Source: Octopus vulgaris | Taxonomy: Eukaryota | Length of the DNA stretch: 64,000 nucleotides | Reading direction: 5' to 3' | Assembly (NCBI GenBank): GCA_951406725.2 | Contig: OX597822.1 | Coordinates: 95,604,001-95,668,000, forward strand | In this document: positions 1-14,517 of the stretch, one piece after another | How the letters are laid out: each line of letters begins with the position of its first letter | Position numbering within the stretch: the stretch's first letter is position 1 | Position numbers and translations under genes: made by a program | Notes under the pieces: model-generated | Told to the model about the DNA's origin: nothing | Seen by the model: only the letters and a program-made list of their open reading frames with translations | Database searches by the model: none

Positions 1-32
<32 letters not shown>

Positions 33-212
33 CACATACAAACATACATTCATACATATATACATACATACATACATACATACATTCATACATACATACA
101 TACATACATACATACATTCATGCATACAAACATACATTCATACATATATACATACATATAAACATACATTCATACAAACATACATTCATACATACATTCA
201 TACATACATATA
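1..212. repeat. (TACA)n microsatellite, imperfect
   Basis: Directly visible tandem tacatacata... Confidence 0.95.
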
Positions 213-1091
213 ACCATTTGTCCATCTGGATTCTTGACTTACAAACGTAAACATATGAAAACCACAGTAATAAAGAAGTCCAATAAGAAAAGATCGTTTA
301 AGTGGAAAACACTGTTACATTTCAATAATTTCATGCAGGGCTGACGTGAAAGTATATGCTCAATCGGCTTACAAAATTCGATCTTACAATTCGAACATAT
401 TCAAAATAAAAAGAGAAATGCATAAATTTCACATAGTTCATTCTTTAATTGTGTTCATAATTAAATTGTGATCAACAGCTGTTTCATGAGGTAAAGATGA
501 CTAATTCCATAATTACGTAATTGCCATATAGAATTAGTTAATTAAAGTTAATTCATTTAAAACTGAATAAATTTTATAAGCTATAATTAACCATTTCATC
601 GCGAATATTATGTATTGTATTTAATCAGAAAACGGTTATTGCTTTAAATACAGCAAGGCGAAGGAAACACAGAGAAAAGTAAAAAAAATAATAAAAAGGC
701 TAAATACATACAAATGCAATTACAGACACACATACACACATGTCTGTCTGTCTGTCTTTATGTATATATGTATACATACTAATTACCCACACTTCTACAC
801 ATATAAGCAAAATGTAAGCAATCCTTATATAGATAGATATATAAATGCACAAATAAATAGCTATATATACAGTCATCCATCCATACATACACATTCCAGC
901 ACGCATAAGTAAACTTACACACGTGGACCTAACAGAGAAACACTCAGCTGAGACGCGTCCGCGCCCGCGCCCGCGCACACACACACACACACACATGTAC
1001 ATATACTCATACACACATCTACGCAAATATATGTATATATATGCACATATATACAACCACACGCATATACGCACACAGACATATTCATACA

Positions 1092-1138
<47 letters not shown>

Positions 1139-1139
1139 T

Positions 1140-1337
1140 CTTTACTCTCTTTTTATTTGTTTCAGTTATTTGACTGCAGCCATGCTGGAGCACCGCCTTT
1201 AGTCGAGCAAATCGACATCAGGATTTATTCTTTGTAGGCCTCGTACTTATTCTATCGGTCTGTTTTGCCGAACGGCTAAGTTACGGGACGTAGACACACC
1301 AGCATCGGTTGTCAAGCGATGTTGGGGGACAAACACA

Positions 1338-1385
<48 letters not shown>

Positions 1386-1534
1386 CATACATATATATGA
1401 CGGGCTTCTTTCAGTTTTCGTCTACCAAATCCACTCAAAAGGCTTTGGTCGGCCCGAGGCTATAATAGAAAACACTTGCCAAGTTGCCACGTAGTGGGGC
1501 TGAACTCGGAATGATGTGGTTGGTAAGCAAGCTA
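1140..1534 (-). mobile_element. tRNA-derived SINE family A (CORE-like, internal TA/TG microsatellite)
   Basis: Reverse complement of the copies at 13747, 15263 and 60900; the family has a B-box-like GGTTCAGTCC and a CORE-like CCTTGGGCAAGT motif. Confidence 0.85.
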
Positions 1535-1691
1535 CACACACATACACACACTCATACACTCACGCACACAAACATAAGTTTACATATGCATATAGCTATT
1601 AATATAGTCTTACATACACGTAAAAATTATGTATTCAGAGACCTACACAATCAAACACAAACAGCCCTAGGCAAGTATATATATATATATG

Positions 1692-1753
<62 letters not shown>

Positions 1754-1828
1754 TATTTGAGGGAATAAAATCCAAAACTTACAAAAAAAAAAAAATCAAT
1801 TTAGAAGTACTAAATCAAATTTCACACA

Positions 1829-1884
<56 letters not shown>

Positions 1885-1888
<4 letters not shown>

Positions 1889-2080
1889 GTGGATGCTACT
1901 GTAGTTTGTAGCCCCAGGAAGACACCTCCTCCAGCTGGCTATAGACACACTTTCTGTGCACTATCAGTATTTGCAAAGGGAAGCCATCCTTCCCGTCTTC
2001 AACTTATGATACACACGGACTCGAGTTTCTGGGTATTGACCCGTCATCGGCGTGTGACAATCACAGTTGTCAATGAGACG
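1885..2080 (+). mobile_element. Unclassified ~200-bp dispersed repeat
   Basis: Diverged second copy on the minus strand at ~57925-58130 (tagccccagga...ccagctggct...gtatttgcaaaggga). Confidence 0.6.
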
Positions 2081-2387
2081 CAAGTTGTTTGTCTGTGTGT
2101 GTGTTGTGTGAACCATTTCTTCTCCTACAATTTTCAACTGGATTTCACCAAATTTGTCATGTGAGCTTTCTTTGACTTAGGACGCTTTTTCATATAGTTT
2201 TTTCCTCGAAATTCCGCGCCCCCAACATAAATAGACTACTCTCAACTCGTCTATGATTTGGCATGAGCCAGCGAAAAAGCGTGACGCACACCTAGCTGCG
2301 AAAAATCAATACTTTACTATATCAGCTGTGGCGAGCTCTTAAACGACTGCCTGCACAGTACTGCCAGCGGTATTCATTTGCGAGTTA

Positions 2388-3724
2388 AAGGCGGAGAGCT
2401 GCTAGAAACGTTAGCACGTCGGGCGAAATGCTTAGCGGTATTTCGTCTGCTGTTACGTTGTGAGTTCAAATTCCGCCGAGGTCGACTTTGCCTTTCATCC
2501 TTTCGGGGTCGATAAATTAAGTACCAGTTACGCACTGGGGTCGATGTAATCGACTTAATACCTATGTCTGTCCTTGTTTGTCCCCTCTGTGTTTAGCCCC
2601 TTGTGGGTAATAAAGAAATAGGTATTTCGTCTGCTGTTACGTTGTGAGTTCAAATTCCGCCGAGGTCGACTTTGCCTTTCATCCTTTCGGGGTCGATAAA
2701 TTAAGTACCAGTTACGCACTGGGGTCGATATAATCGACTTAATACCTATGTCTGTCCTTGTTTGTCCCCTCTGTGTTTAGCCCCTTGTGGGTAATAAAGA
2801 AATAGGTATTTCGTCTGCTGTTACGTTGTGAGTTCAAATTCCGCCGAGGTCGACTTTGCCTTTCATCCTTTCGCGGTCGATAAATTAAGTACCAGTTATG
2901 CACTGGGGTCGATGTAATCGACTTAATACCTATGTCCGTCCTTGTTTGTCCCCTCTGTGTTTAGCCCCTTGTGGGTAATAAAGAAATAGGTATTTCGTCT
3001 GCTGTTACGTTGTGAGTTCAAATTCCGCCGAGGTCGACTTTGCCTTTCATCCTTTCGGGGTCGATAAATTAAGTACCAGTTACGCACTGGGGTCGATATA
3101 ATCGACTTAATACCTATGTCTGTCCTTGTTTGTCCCCTCTGTGTTTAGCCCCTTGTGGGTAATAAAGAAATAGGTATTTCGTCTGCTGTTACGTTGTGAG
3201 TTCAAATTCCGCCGAGGTCGACTTTGCCTTTCATCCTTTCGGGGTCGATAAATTAAGTACCAGTTACGCACTGGGGTCGATATAATCGACTTAATACCTA
3301 TGTCTGTCCTTGTTTGTCCCCTCTGTGTTTAGCCCCTTGTGGGTAATAAAGAAATAGGTATTTCGTCTGCTGTTACGTCGTGAGTTCAAATTCCGCCGAG
3401 GTCGACTTTGCCTTTCATCCTTTCGGGGTCGATAAATTAAGTACCAGTTACGCACTGGGGTCGATATAATCGACTTAATACCTATGTCTGTCCTTGTTTG
3501 TCCCCTCTGTGTTTAGCCCCTTGTGGGTAATAAAGAAATAGGTATTTCGTCTGCTGTTACGTTGTGAGTTCAAATTCCGCCGAGGTCGACTTTGCCTTTC
3601 ATCCTTTCGGGGTCGATAAATTAAGTACCAGTTACGCACTGGGGTCGATATAATCGACTTAATACCTATGTCTGTCCTTGTTTGTCCCCTCTGTGTTTAG
3701 CCCCTTGTGGGTAATAAAGAAATA
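2388..3724 (+). mobile_element. SINE family B: ~50-bp head plus 7 tandem 184-bp units
   Basis: Units start at 2437, 2621, 2805, 2989, 3173, 3357, 3541; perfect 19-bp TSD GGTATTCATTTGCGAGTTA at 2369-2387 and 3725-3743; B-box-like GAGTTCAAATTCC. Confidence 0.95.
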
Positions 3725-3956
3725 GGTATTCATTTGCGAGTTATGATTTGCCTGTTTTCACGTGAGCGCTCTTTTTCATATAATTATTCCAGCTCAAACT
3801 AGCCACTTGAAAACTCTTACCCGAAATTAAAAATCCTTAATTCGTTCTGTTTGATTAACATTTTTGCTAACTACATTTTACTATTTTTTTGGTGTTGCAC
3901 ATTTACCGCTTTTTCCATAGAACCGTTTCTAATGTGTAAACTGATAAAATTCCACC

Positions 3957-4850
3957 ATGCCTCGACGCAAAAGATCCAATATATGTCTGCAAACAAATGC
4001 TGCAAAGAAAAGAAAACGTATGCGTGCAAATGAATCTGGCGAGGACGCCGCCAGGAGGAACTCTCTCAATGCATTTAGGATGGCTTCAGCGCGAAGAATG
4101 GAAAGTGAAGACAGCGTTGTGATCGGTTAGCACGTGTCTCTGCGCAACGAATCGCCCAGAGCAACGAGCAACGTTCAGCACGCCAAACAAGAAATTTCTC
4201 CTCTACAGCTGCTGCACGAGCTTCAGAGACTGCAGCACAACGCGCAGATCGACTTACAGGAGATGCTTCCTCAACTGCTGCTGCACGAGCTGCAGAGACT
4301 GCAGCACAATGCGCAGATCGACTTACAAGAAATGCTGCAGCAACTGCTGCTGCGAGCGCTACGGAGACTACAGGGGAAAGGCAACAAAGACTGGAGGCTA
4401 CAACACAGCGAAGGGCTGCACGACGTTCCTACTCAAGGCCATGCTCATCGCGTTGGTCAACGACAGCATTCAACTACGATCCTGCAATTGACTACAGTAA
4501 TCCCCCTGACATTCAAATAGGCTGAAGGTCCACAATCTGCCAATTTTGCGGAGCTAAAAAGTGGCCTGGAGAAACTCCTGGCAGATGCTGCTCCAACGGT
4601 AAGATTACAATACCTCTTTTACAAGATCCTCCACCCCTTTTGACTGATCTTTTGACAAGAGAAACGTGCCTACAACTGTGCGTTCCAAATGACTTCCTTC
4701 GGCGCCAGCATTCTACGAGATGGGCATTTCATGCCTTCCTTTAAAGTGCAAAGGCAGATTTACCATAGAATTGGTTCCCTGCAGCGGCATGACGCTGCCT
4801 CGCCTCAGTTTCTTCAGCTCCACTTCGTGGGAGACTACGCTGAACAGGCA
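3957..4850 (+). pseudogene. Helitron Rep/helicase N-terminal remnant (frameshifted, truncated)
   Basis: MPRRKRSN start, ETAAQRADRL repeats, AFNYDPAIDY, CQFCGAKKWPGETPGRCCSNGK zinc motif, YNCAFQMTSFG...FKVQRQIYHRIGSL...QFLQLHFVG. Confidence 0.9.
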
Positions 4851-4980
4851 TATTTAACAGCCCCGGGCAACGCCGGATATGCCTGCTAGTATATATATAT
4901 ATATATATATAAAGAGGGAGACAGACAAAGAGAGAAAGAGATAGAGAGAGATTGATAGGTGGATAGACAGATAGACAGAC

Positions 4981-5053
<73 letters not shown>

Positions 5054-5184
5054 CAGATATATAGATAGCTAGCTAGATAGATATATAAATATAGATGCAT
5101 ATGAACTCAAACATATAAATACACACACTTACACTCACCTATACAGATACATGTATGTGTGTGGTGTATGTGTCTATAAACGTA

Positions 5185-5237
<53 letters not shown>

Positions 5238-5929
5238 TATATATATGATGATTCGGTTTCTGACTGAAGATTGAAGGCTTCGAATGACTTGTCTGTTTTC
5301 CGTGTTCGTCCCTTCGTGTATTTCACGTTCTTTATATATAAATTTTTATTCCTATATATATATATATATATTGATAAATGACAAACATGTTTATACAAAA
5401 GAATATGAGTTAGAAAACATAAAAGCATAACATAGGTGTTCTTTAGAATAAAACTCTTTATTATAACAAAAGCGTAAGCATACATATTAAGACATAAATT
5501 ATATAGGAAGGATCTTAACTAAAATTACATCTTATTGTTATAGCTTATTTAAACCGATAATTTAGTTCTAAAACTTTTATAATTGTTAATGTAATTAGCA
5601 TTATAGTGATTACTCGCTATCGCATGAAAGAGAAGTGGTGATAGATTTTTATCTCAACGTTTATTGTATCTGGAGAGGAGAAAGGAGTTTAAATGGTTAT
5701 AGTTTGTAATGATATCATGTTCGGAATTCAGAAAAAAATTTAGGTTGGCTTTAACGATCTCTAGAAACTTAGATGTAGATAGCTGGCAGATTTTTCTGCT
5801 GTTTGGAATTAGCGATGTTTATCCCAAAGAAACAGCTATTGAATGCAAATATGAACTATTAAAGTATGAACGATTTGTAATATTTTTGCTTTCATTTTTC
5901 CAACGATCCCTATTGATCAATTTTTTTCC

Positions 5930-6126
5930 TTTCCCTTTCTTTTTCCTCACCTCCCTTTTTTTTTTAAATTTTATTTTATCCCCCCCTTTTTTTGTCCTCT
6001 TTCTTTCCATTTACGATCCCTTTTGATCGAAAACCAAACCCCCTTCTTTTACCCCCAAAAGAAAAGCTCTACCTTGTAATTTTGTCCTGTCTGTGTGCAG
6101 CCTTGTGTGGCTAATAAAGAAACATA
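5930..6126 (+). mobile_element. Probable LINE 3' UTR (L1/Tx1-like) with a tail resembling SINE B
   Basis: Pyrimidine-rich tract ending ttgtcctgtctgtgtgcagccttgtgtggctaataaagaaac before (TATC)n. Confidence 0.45.
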
Positions 6127-6257
6127 TCTATCTATCTATCTATCTATCTATCTGTCAGTCCATCCGTCCGTCTATCTATCTGTCTGTCTGCCTGTCTGCC
6201 TATCTATCTGTCTGTCTGTCTGCCTATATATCTATCTGTCTCTCTGTCTGTCCGTCC

Positions 6258-6296
<39 letters not shown>

Positions 6297-6397
6297 AACC
6301 TATGTGTATGTGAGTATGTGAGTGTGTGTATGTAAACATATGTATATATACGTATGTATGTATATATATGTGTGTGTGCATGTATGTATGTATGTAT

Positions 6398-6590
6398 TTG
6401 TGTGTTTGTGTTTGCCCCCCCCACGTTCGCTTGACAACCGATGTTGGTGTGCTTACGTCTCCGTAAATTAGCAGTTCAGCAAAAGAAACCGATAAAATAA
6501 GTACTAGGCTTACAAAGAATAAGCCCTGGGGTCGATATGTTTGACTAAAGGCGGTGCTCCATCATGATCACAGTCAAATGAAAAAAAGAA
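6398..6590 (+). mobile_element. SINE family A, 3' half
   Basis: gcttgacaaccgatg...aaggcggtgctcc shared with full copies. Confidence 0.8.
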
Positions 6591-6720
6591 TACACACACA
6601 CACACACACACACGCACAAACATAACCGAACGTACACAGAATCTGAGAGGGAGAGATTAGTTAGGGAGAGTAAGTGTAATGGAAGTGAGAGAAAGATGGT
6701 AAGAGAGAAAGGGAGAAGGA

Positions 6721-6755
<35 letters not shown>

Positions 6756-7030
6756 GCAGAGAGAGGGAGAGAGAGAGAGAAGTAGTTGCCTCTTGAATTT
6801 CAACTTTCTGATTCTTGAAACCTTTGAATAAACGATTATGAACAAGACGATCTGTGGCTGAGTAACGATGCAAGTTTCTGCATTTCCACAAAATATTCTG
6901 TTTTTACTTTACTGAGTAAGTATTTATGGTTATACATTGTTTGTACTCTATAGCGCTATCACTGACTTGATCTTGGGGCTTTCCCTATTTAAGTACCTGA
7001 TTCTTTTGAATCCTGTAAATTTATATCAAT

Positions 7031-7165
7031 CATACTAACATTTAGAAATAGCAGTTAAAACTAACTATTTCACTACCATAAGGAAATCTCACAGATGCTA
7101 TCTGGGAGATTTTCTTACAGTAGTAAAATAATTAGTTTTTACTGCTGCTTCTAAATTTCGGTATG
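7031..7165. repeat. Imperfect palindrome (MITE/foldback-like)
   Basis: ~66-bp arms around a 3-nt spacer (cagat gct atctg), roughly 85% complementary. Confidence 0.75.
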
Positions 7166-7224
7166 TGATGAGGCAAATTTTTGTTGAACCCTAATTATAA
7201 TTATACTCATAATTATAAAATTAC

Positions 7225-7600
<376 letters not shown>

Positions 7601-7602
7601 AC

Positions 7603-9886
<2,284 letters not shown>

Positions 9887-10032
9887 GACCGACTACTGGC
9901 CTTTTGGGTCTGGCAACGGTCGTGGTAACATCAACATTTTTTCCTCTGCCCCAAGGCACATTCCTAACACGCCAGCTGAGTTTAATTCGTCTAAGTAGAA
10001 AGACGCCTGTTTGTGACGTCCTGCTATTGTTG

Positions 10033-10091
<59 letters not shown>

Positions 10092-10094
<3 letters not shown>

Positions 10095-10546
10095 TAGTTT
10101 TATTTTTATAGCGTGCTTTCACTTCTTTACCGAGCGCAGCTCGGTGTGCCTTGGGTATGTGCTGTGATTTGTTGTGATGCTCTGATGGTTATTGTATGAA
10201 AGTGTTCTGCGTAGGATGTGTGCAGTGCCTAGTAGTGCAATTTTCTGTATGTTATATGTGTTTGTAAGTCCTGGTGTATTTGTTATGTTATTTTTGTTTG
10301 TTATGTATTTGTCTGAATATTTTTTTTATCATGCCTAATGCACCTACTATGATAGGAATTATTTCTGTTTTTAGATTCCACATACTGTTTACCTCTATTT
10401 CCAGATCTTTGTATCTTGAAAGTTTCTCCATTTCTTTTAGAGACACGTTGTCATCTGCCGGTATTGATACATCAATTAGAAAGCATTTTTTTCTTCATGA
10501 TCTCTGACAACTATATCTGGTGTGCTGGCCTTAATTTCTCTATGTG

Positions 10547-10548
<2 letters not shown>
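10092..10548 (-). mobile_element. 5'-truncated R4/Dong-clade LINE 3' end (restriction-like endonuclease)
   Basis: PDIVVRDHEEKKCFLIDVSIPADDNV...KYKDLEIE-like motif...IIVGALG...IQKIALLGTAHILRRTL; (TAA)n on both sides. Confidence 0.85.
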
Positions 10549-10610
<62 letters not shown>

Positions 10611-10898
10611 GTTTTTGCGTATTAGTTTTTGTATTCATATTCGTGTAACATCGTCCGTTTTTCCGTCCTTGTTTTGTATACATTCGAAGCTTTTTTCCAA
10701 GTAGTCTAATGCGCTTAGCTTAGTTTTTCCTTTGGGTTGGCCAGATTAGAGCAATCTCAAGATTAATCAGCCAAAATTGCGAGGATGATCAGGTTCTTGA
10801 TTGAAGATTGAAGGCTTCGAATGTCCCGTCCGTTTCTTTTTTTGTATCGTCTTCTAAATGTTTTGCCTTCTTGTCTCAGTTTGTATTTTTATATATAT

Positions 10899-11018
<120 letters not shown>

Positions 11019-11484
11019 ATTGAACTTCATAATTTATAATCTAAAGAACCGATTCATTGAGAATGATACATTCTATGCATGCACTGAAGAAGGAAATCCT
11101 TAGGGACTTTAAAATATCTGTTTGGTTGATGCTTGAAGCTAGTCCTTTACGTGCAAGAAAATCCATCTTACTGTCAGAAAATTATGAACCAATATATTTA
11201 AAGTCATTGTCTTCTTTGTGTTGTGTGCCACGGTTGGAACAAAGTAGCAGGTAGCTTTTTATTTTTACAGCAGTATGGTGGAATTTGAATGGAGACTGCG
11301 AAAAATGCCGTCCAAATCGATCGAACAAGGAAGCTATATATCTTGACTCGGAAGGGATGAAATCATATAATTAACATCAGTAGGATTTGAATTAAGGAGG
11401 TAGAAAGCTGAAAGACGTAGCAAAAGACATCCTATCTGCTGCTTTAACGATTCTATCAATTCATCACCCCAAAATGTTCTTGAA

Positions 11485-11856
11485 AATGGCCCAATGTTTA
11501 GGGCAGCGGACTCGCGGTCGTAGGATCGCGGTTTCGATTCCCAGACCGGGCGTTGTGAGTGTTTACTGAGCGAAAACATCTAAAGCTCCACGAGGCTCCG
11601 GCAGGCGATGGTGGCGATCCCTGCTGTACTCTTTCACCACAACTTTCTCTCACTCTTACTTCCTGTTTCTGTTGTACTTGTATTTCAAAGGGCCGGCCTT
11701 GTCACTCTCTGTGTTACGCTGAATATCCCCGAGAACTACGTTAAGGGTACACGTGTCTGTGGAGTGCTCGGCCACTTACACGTTTATTTCACGAGCAGGC
11801 TGTTCCGTTGATCGGATCAACCGGAACCCTCATCGTCGTCCGACGGAGTGCTTCCA
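11485..11856 (+). mobile_element. tRNA-derived SINE family D
   Basis: tRNA-like head with GGTTTCGATTCCC; near-identical copies at 25684, 43358, 52058, 58444. Confidence 0.9.
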
Positions 11857-11869
11857 CCAGTTCTGTGAC

Positions 11870-12199
11870 AAACTAACTCACCGAAATATAACCCCGCCAT
11901 CCTTCTTTTTTTTTATGGGCTACATTAAAGACGGTGTCTGTCATAGAAAAGTTCAAGACTTCAGTGATCTCAACAAAAGAAATCCCCAGACCATATCCAA
12001 CATTGATGAGACGATACTCCAAATCACGCTAGAAATTGAGGATCATCTCTGTGTATTGAGCGTCATTAATGGATCCCATGTGGACGTTTCACGATGTTAA
12101 TGATAACACTTTATTTGTTTAACTAATTTTTCCAATAAACTCTGCTGGGTTATCCCTATTAATTTTTTTTCTTTATTTTTCAAGTTATTTTTATGGATA

Positions 12200-12205
<6 letters not shown>
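11870..12205 (+). mobile_element. Tc1/mariner-superfamily transposase C-terminal remnant
   Basis: ITPPSFFFFMGYIKDGV...NGSHVD resembles the PDITPLDFFLWGYVKD...GxHVE consensus. Confidence 0.65.
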
Positions 12206-12242
<37 letters not shown>

Positions 12243-12414
12243 GTCGGCCTCGAAACCATGTGGTTAAGAAGAAAACTTCTTAACCACACATCCATGCCTG
12301 CTCCTAAAAAATGTATATAGAAGTGTGCAGCATTATTACCTCTTTATCTATATTATGTATATATATATATACATTCACACACACACACGCACACACACAT
12401 ATATGTATACAAAC

Positions 12415-12456
<42 letters not shown>

Positions 12457-12848
12457 GAAATATGTTACGAAAAGAAAATATAAAATAAAAAATATAAAAT
12501 ACATGTGGAAATGTAAGGGTAAAATATGAAAAAATCAACGAAAATGCATATTGCAAATAGAGAAAGGCTATTTATGACAGGTAATGACAAATATATACAC
12601 TTAGATTGACTGAGGTAGTAATACGAGTCATAAAAGTCATTATTATGAGATGATTATAAGATGATAATAAAGTAAGAGAACAAAACGAACCAATGGTTTA
12701 CCAATGAACAACACCGGTTAATATATATATAATAATAATATTAGGGAGTATGGCTCCAAACTTACAGGGAAAAATTAGATTTAGTATTAAATCTAATTTC
12801 ACAGTATAAAAATATAAAATATGAATTAGAGATACAACCACTATTAGG

Positions 12849-12907
<59 letters not shown>

Positions 12908-13029
12908 TAATTATATTTATATTATTCGTTATTTATGTATTGGTTTATGTCTATCACTATTTGAATTGCCTAATAGTGGTTTTATCTCTAATTCATATTT
13001 TATATATATATACATATATATGCATGTGT

Positions 13030-13235
13030 GTGTGTATAGACATAGGTATATATGCGTGTGTGTGTGTGTTTATGTGGTGTGTATAGACATAGATATATAT
13101 GCGTGTGTGTGTGTTTTTGTGGTGTGTATAGACATAGGTATATATGCGTGTGTGTGTTTATGTGGTGTGTATAGACATAGGTATATATGCATGTGTGTAT
13201 GTGTGTGTATGTGGTGTGTATAGACATAAGTATGT
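13030..13235. repeat. Minisatellite of ~45-bp units (gtgtatagacataggtatatatgc(gt)n), ~5 copies
   Basis: Directly visible. Confidence 0.85.
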
Positions 13236-13746
13236 GTATAATAGAACGAAACACGGGAAATTATTCGTAAGTCATTTAGTTACAATGTCTTACGCTGTTT
13301 CATGATCGCATGGTAATTATTAGTTAATCAAAATATAAATGAAACAATCAAAACTTATTGTCAAGCTGTCAGGGACATGTAGCGGAACTTTATTGATTGT
13401 AGACTTGACAGAATGAACTACTACATATGGTGAGCGATTATGTAATTTGAGTTATGTAACTAGTAATCAAGTAGTGCAATCAGAAAGTCAAATGAGATAA
13501 TACAGCTTATAAAAAGCCTCTCATGCTTTGTTCTATTTTCTACTTACACTTTGTCATATCTCCAAACCTCGGATTAGTAACAAATGATATCGATGCAATA
13601 ACACAAAAGGAAATACAGACGGAGTTCTAAGTCATTGTCGCGTAATTTTAATTTTAAATTGCACAATATGAATACAGACACACATGCAAACGCGTACTAA
13701 CACACACACACACACAGGGTAAAATTTTCAATTAAGGTTTAAGAAA

Positions 13747-14152
13747 GTGGCTGTGTGGTAAGTAGCTTGCTAACCAACCACATGGTTCCGGGTTCAGTCG
13801 CACTGCGTGGCATCTTGGGCAAGTGTCTTCTGCTATAGCCCCGGGCCGACCAATGCCTTGTGAGTGGATTTGGTAGACGGAAACTGAAAGAAGCCTGTCG
13901 TATATATGTATATATATATGTATGTATGTGTGTGTGTGTTTGTGTGTCTGTGTTTGTCTCCCTAGCATTGCTTGACAACCGATGCTGGTGTGTTTACGTC
14001 CCCGTCACTTAGCGGTTCGGCAAACAGGGACCGATAGAATAAGTACTGGGCTTACAAAGAATAAGTCCCGGGCGTCGATTTGCGCGACTAAAGGCGGTGC
14101 TCCAGCATGGCCGCAGTCAAATAACTGAAAGAAGTAAAAGAGTAAAAGAGTA
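13747..14152 (+). mobile_element. SINE family A, near full length
   Basis: tRNA-like head, CORE-like motif, (GTAAAAGA)n tail. Confidence 0.9.
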
Positions 14153-14310
14153 AGGAGACATTAAAATGCAGTATCCAAACTTTGTTTCAGGTAAGTCCCA
14201 GGTAGTGTACCTGCCTAGCAGATTCATCACTTATGGCTACCGAGCGTCATCCGTGTCGCGGGATCTACGTCAGGACATCCTAGGTGCATGTTGGGCATAC
14301 ATTAAATGAT

Positions 14311-14517
14311 TGATACAGAAGACGGAGTGTAACGAGAAACTCTCCACAACAATCGTTTCGGCTGCTTTCTGCACTGCACCACGTGGGTGGGAAACGATGT
14401 AATGCATCTGATGTCATTGCATTGTTCCCAACCGACTAGGGAGCAGCGCAGAAGGCGGCCGAAACGATTGTTGTGCTAAATAAAGCTTCTACCTACACTC
14501 TACCCCACCCCGTATCA
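14311..14517. repeat. Long foldback hairpin
   Basis: Core arms 14345-14377 and 14443-14475 match 30/33; inner and outer stems extend the pairing. Confidence 0.8.

Larger units (their letters stand above)
2085..4889 (+). mobile_element. Internally deleted Helitron interrupted by a SINE concatemer
   Basis: 3' hairpin CCGGGCAACGCCGG then CTAG|T ending at 4889; carries Rep N-terminal coding remnant; 5' boundary approximate. Confidence 0.85.

Noticed and set aside
243-311. Possible minus-strand exon (CFPLKRSFLIGLLYYCGFHMFTF, cag...gtaagt)
   Set aside because: Weak polypyrimidine tract, no recognisable family, no partner exons; coordinates approximate
2437-3724. CRISPR-like or tRNA gene array
   Set aside because: No unique spacers and no complete cloverleaf; units are SINE bodies found dispersed elsewhere in the window
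4134-4520. 128-aa Q/L-rich repeat protein
   Set aside because: Off-frame reading of the Helitron N-terminal repeats
11559-11811. Recurrent ORFs such as MFIERKHLKLHEAP and VVIPAVLFHHNF
   Set aside because: Incidental frames inside SINE D copies
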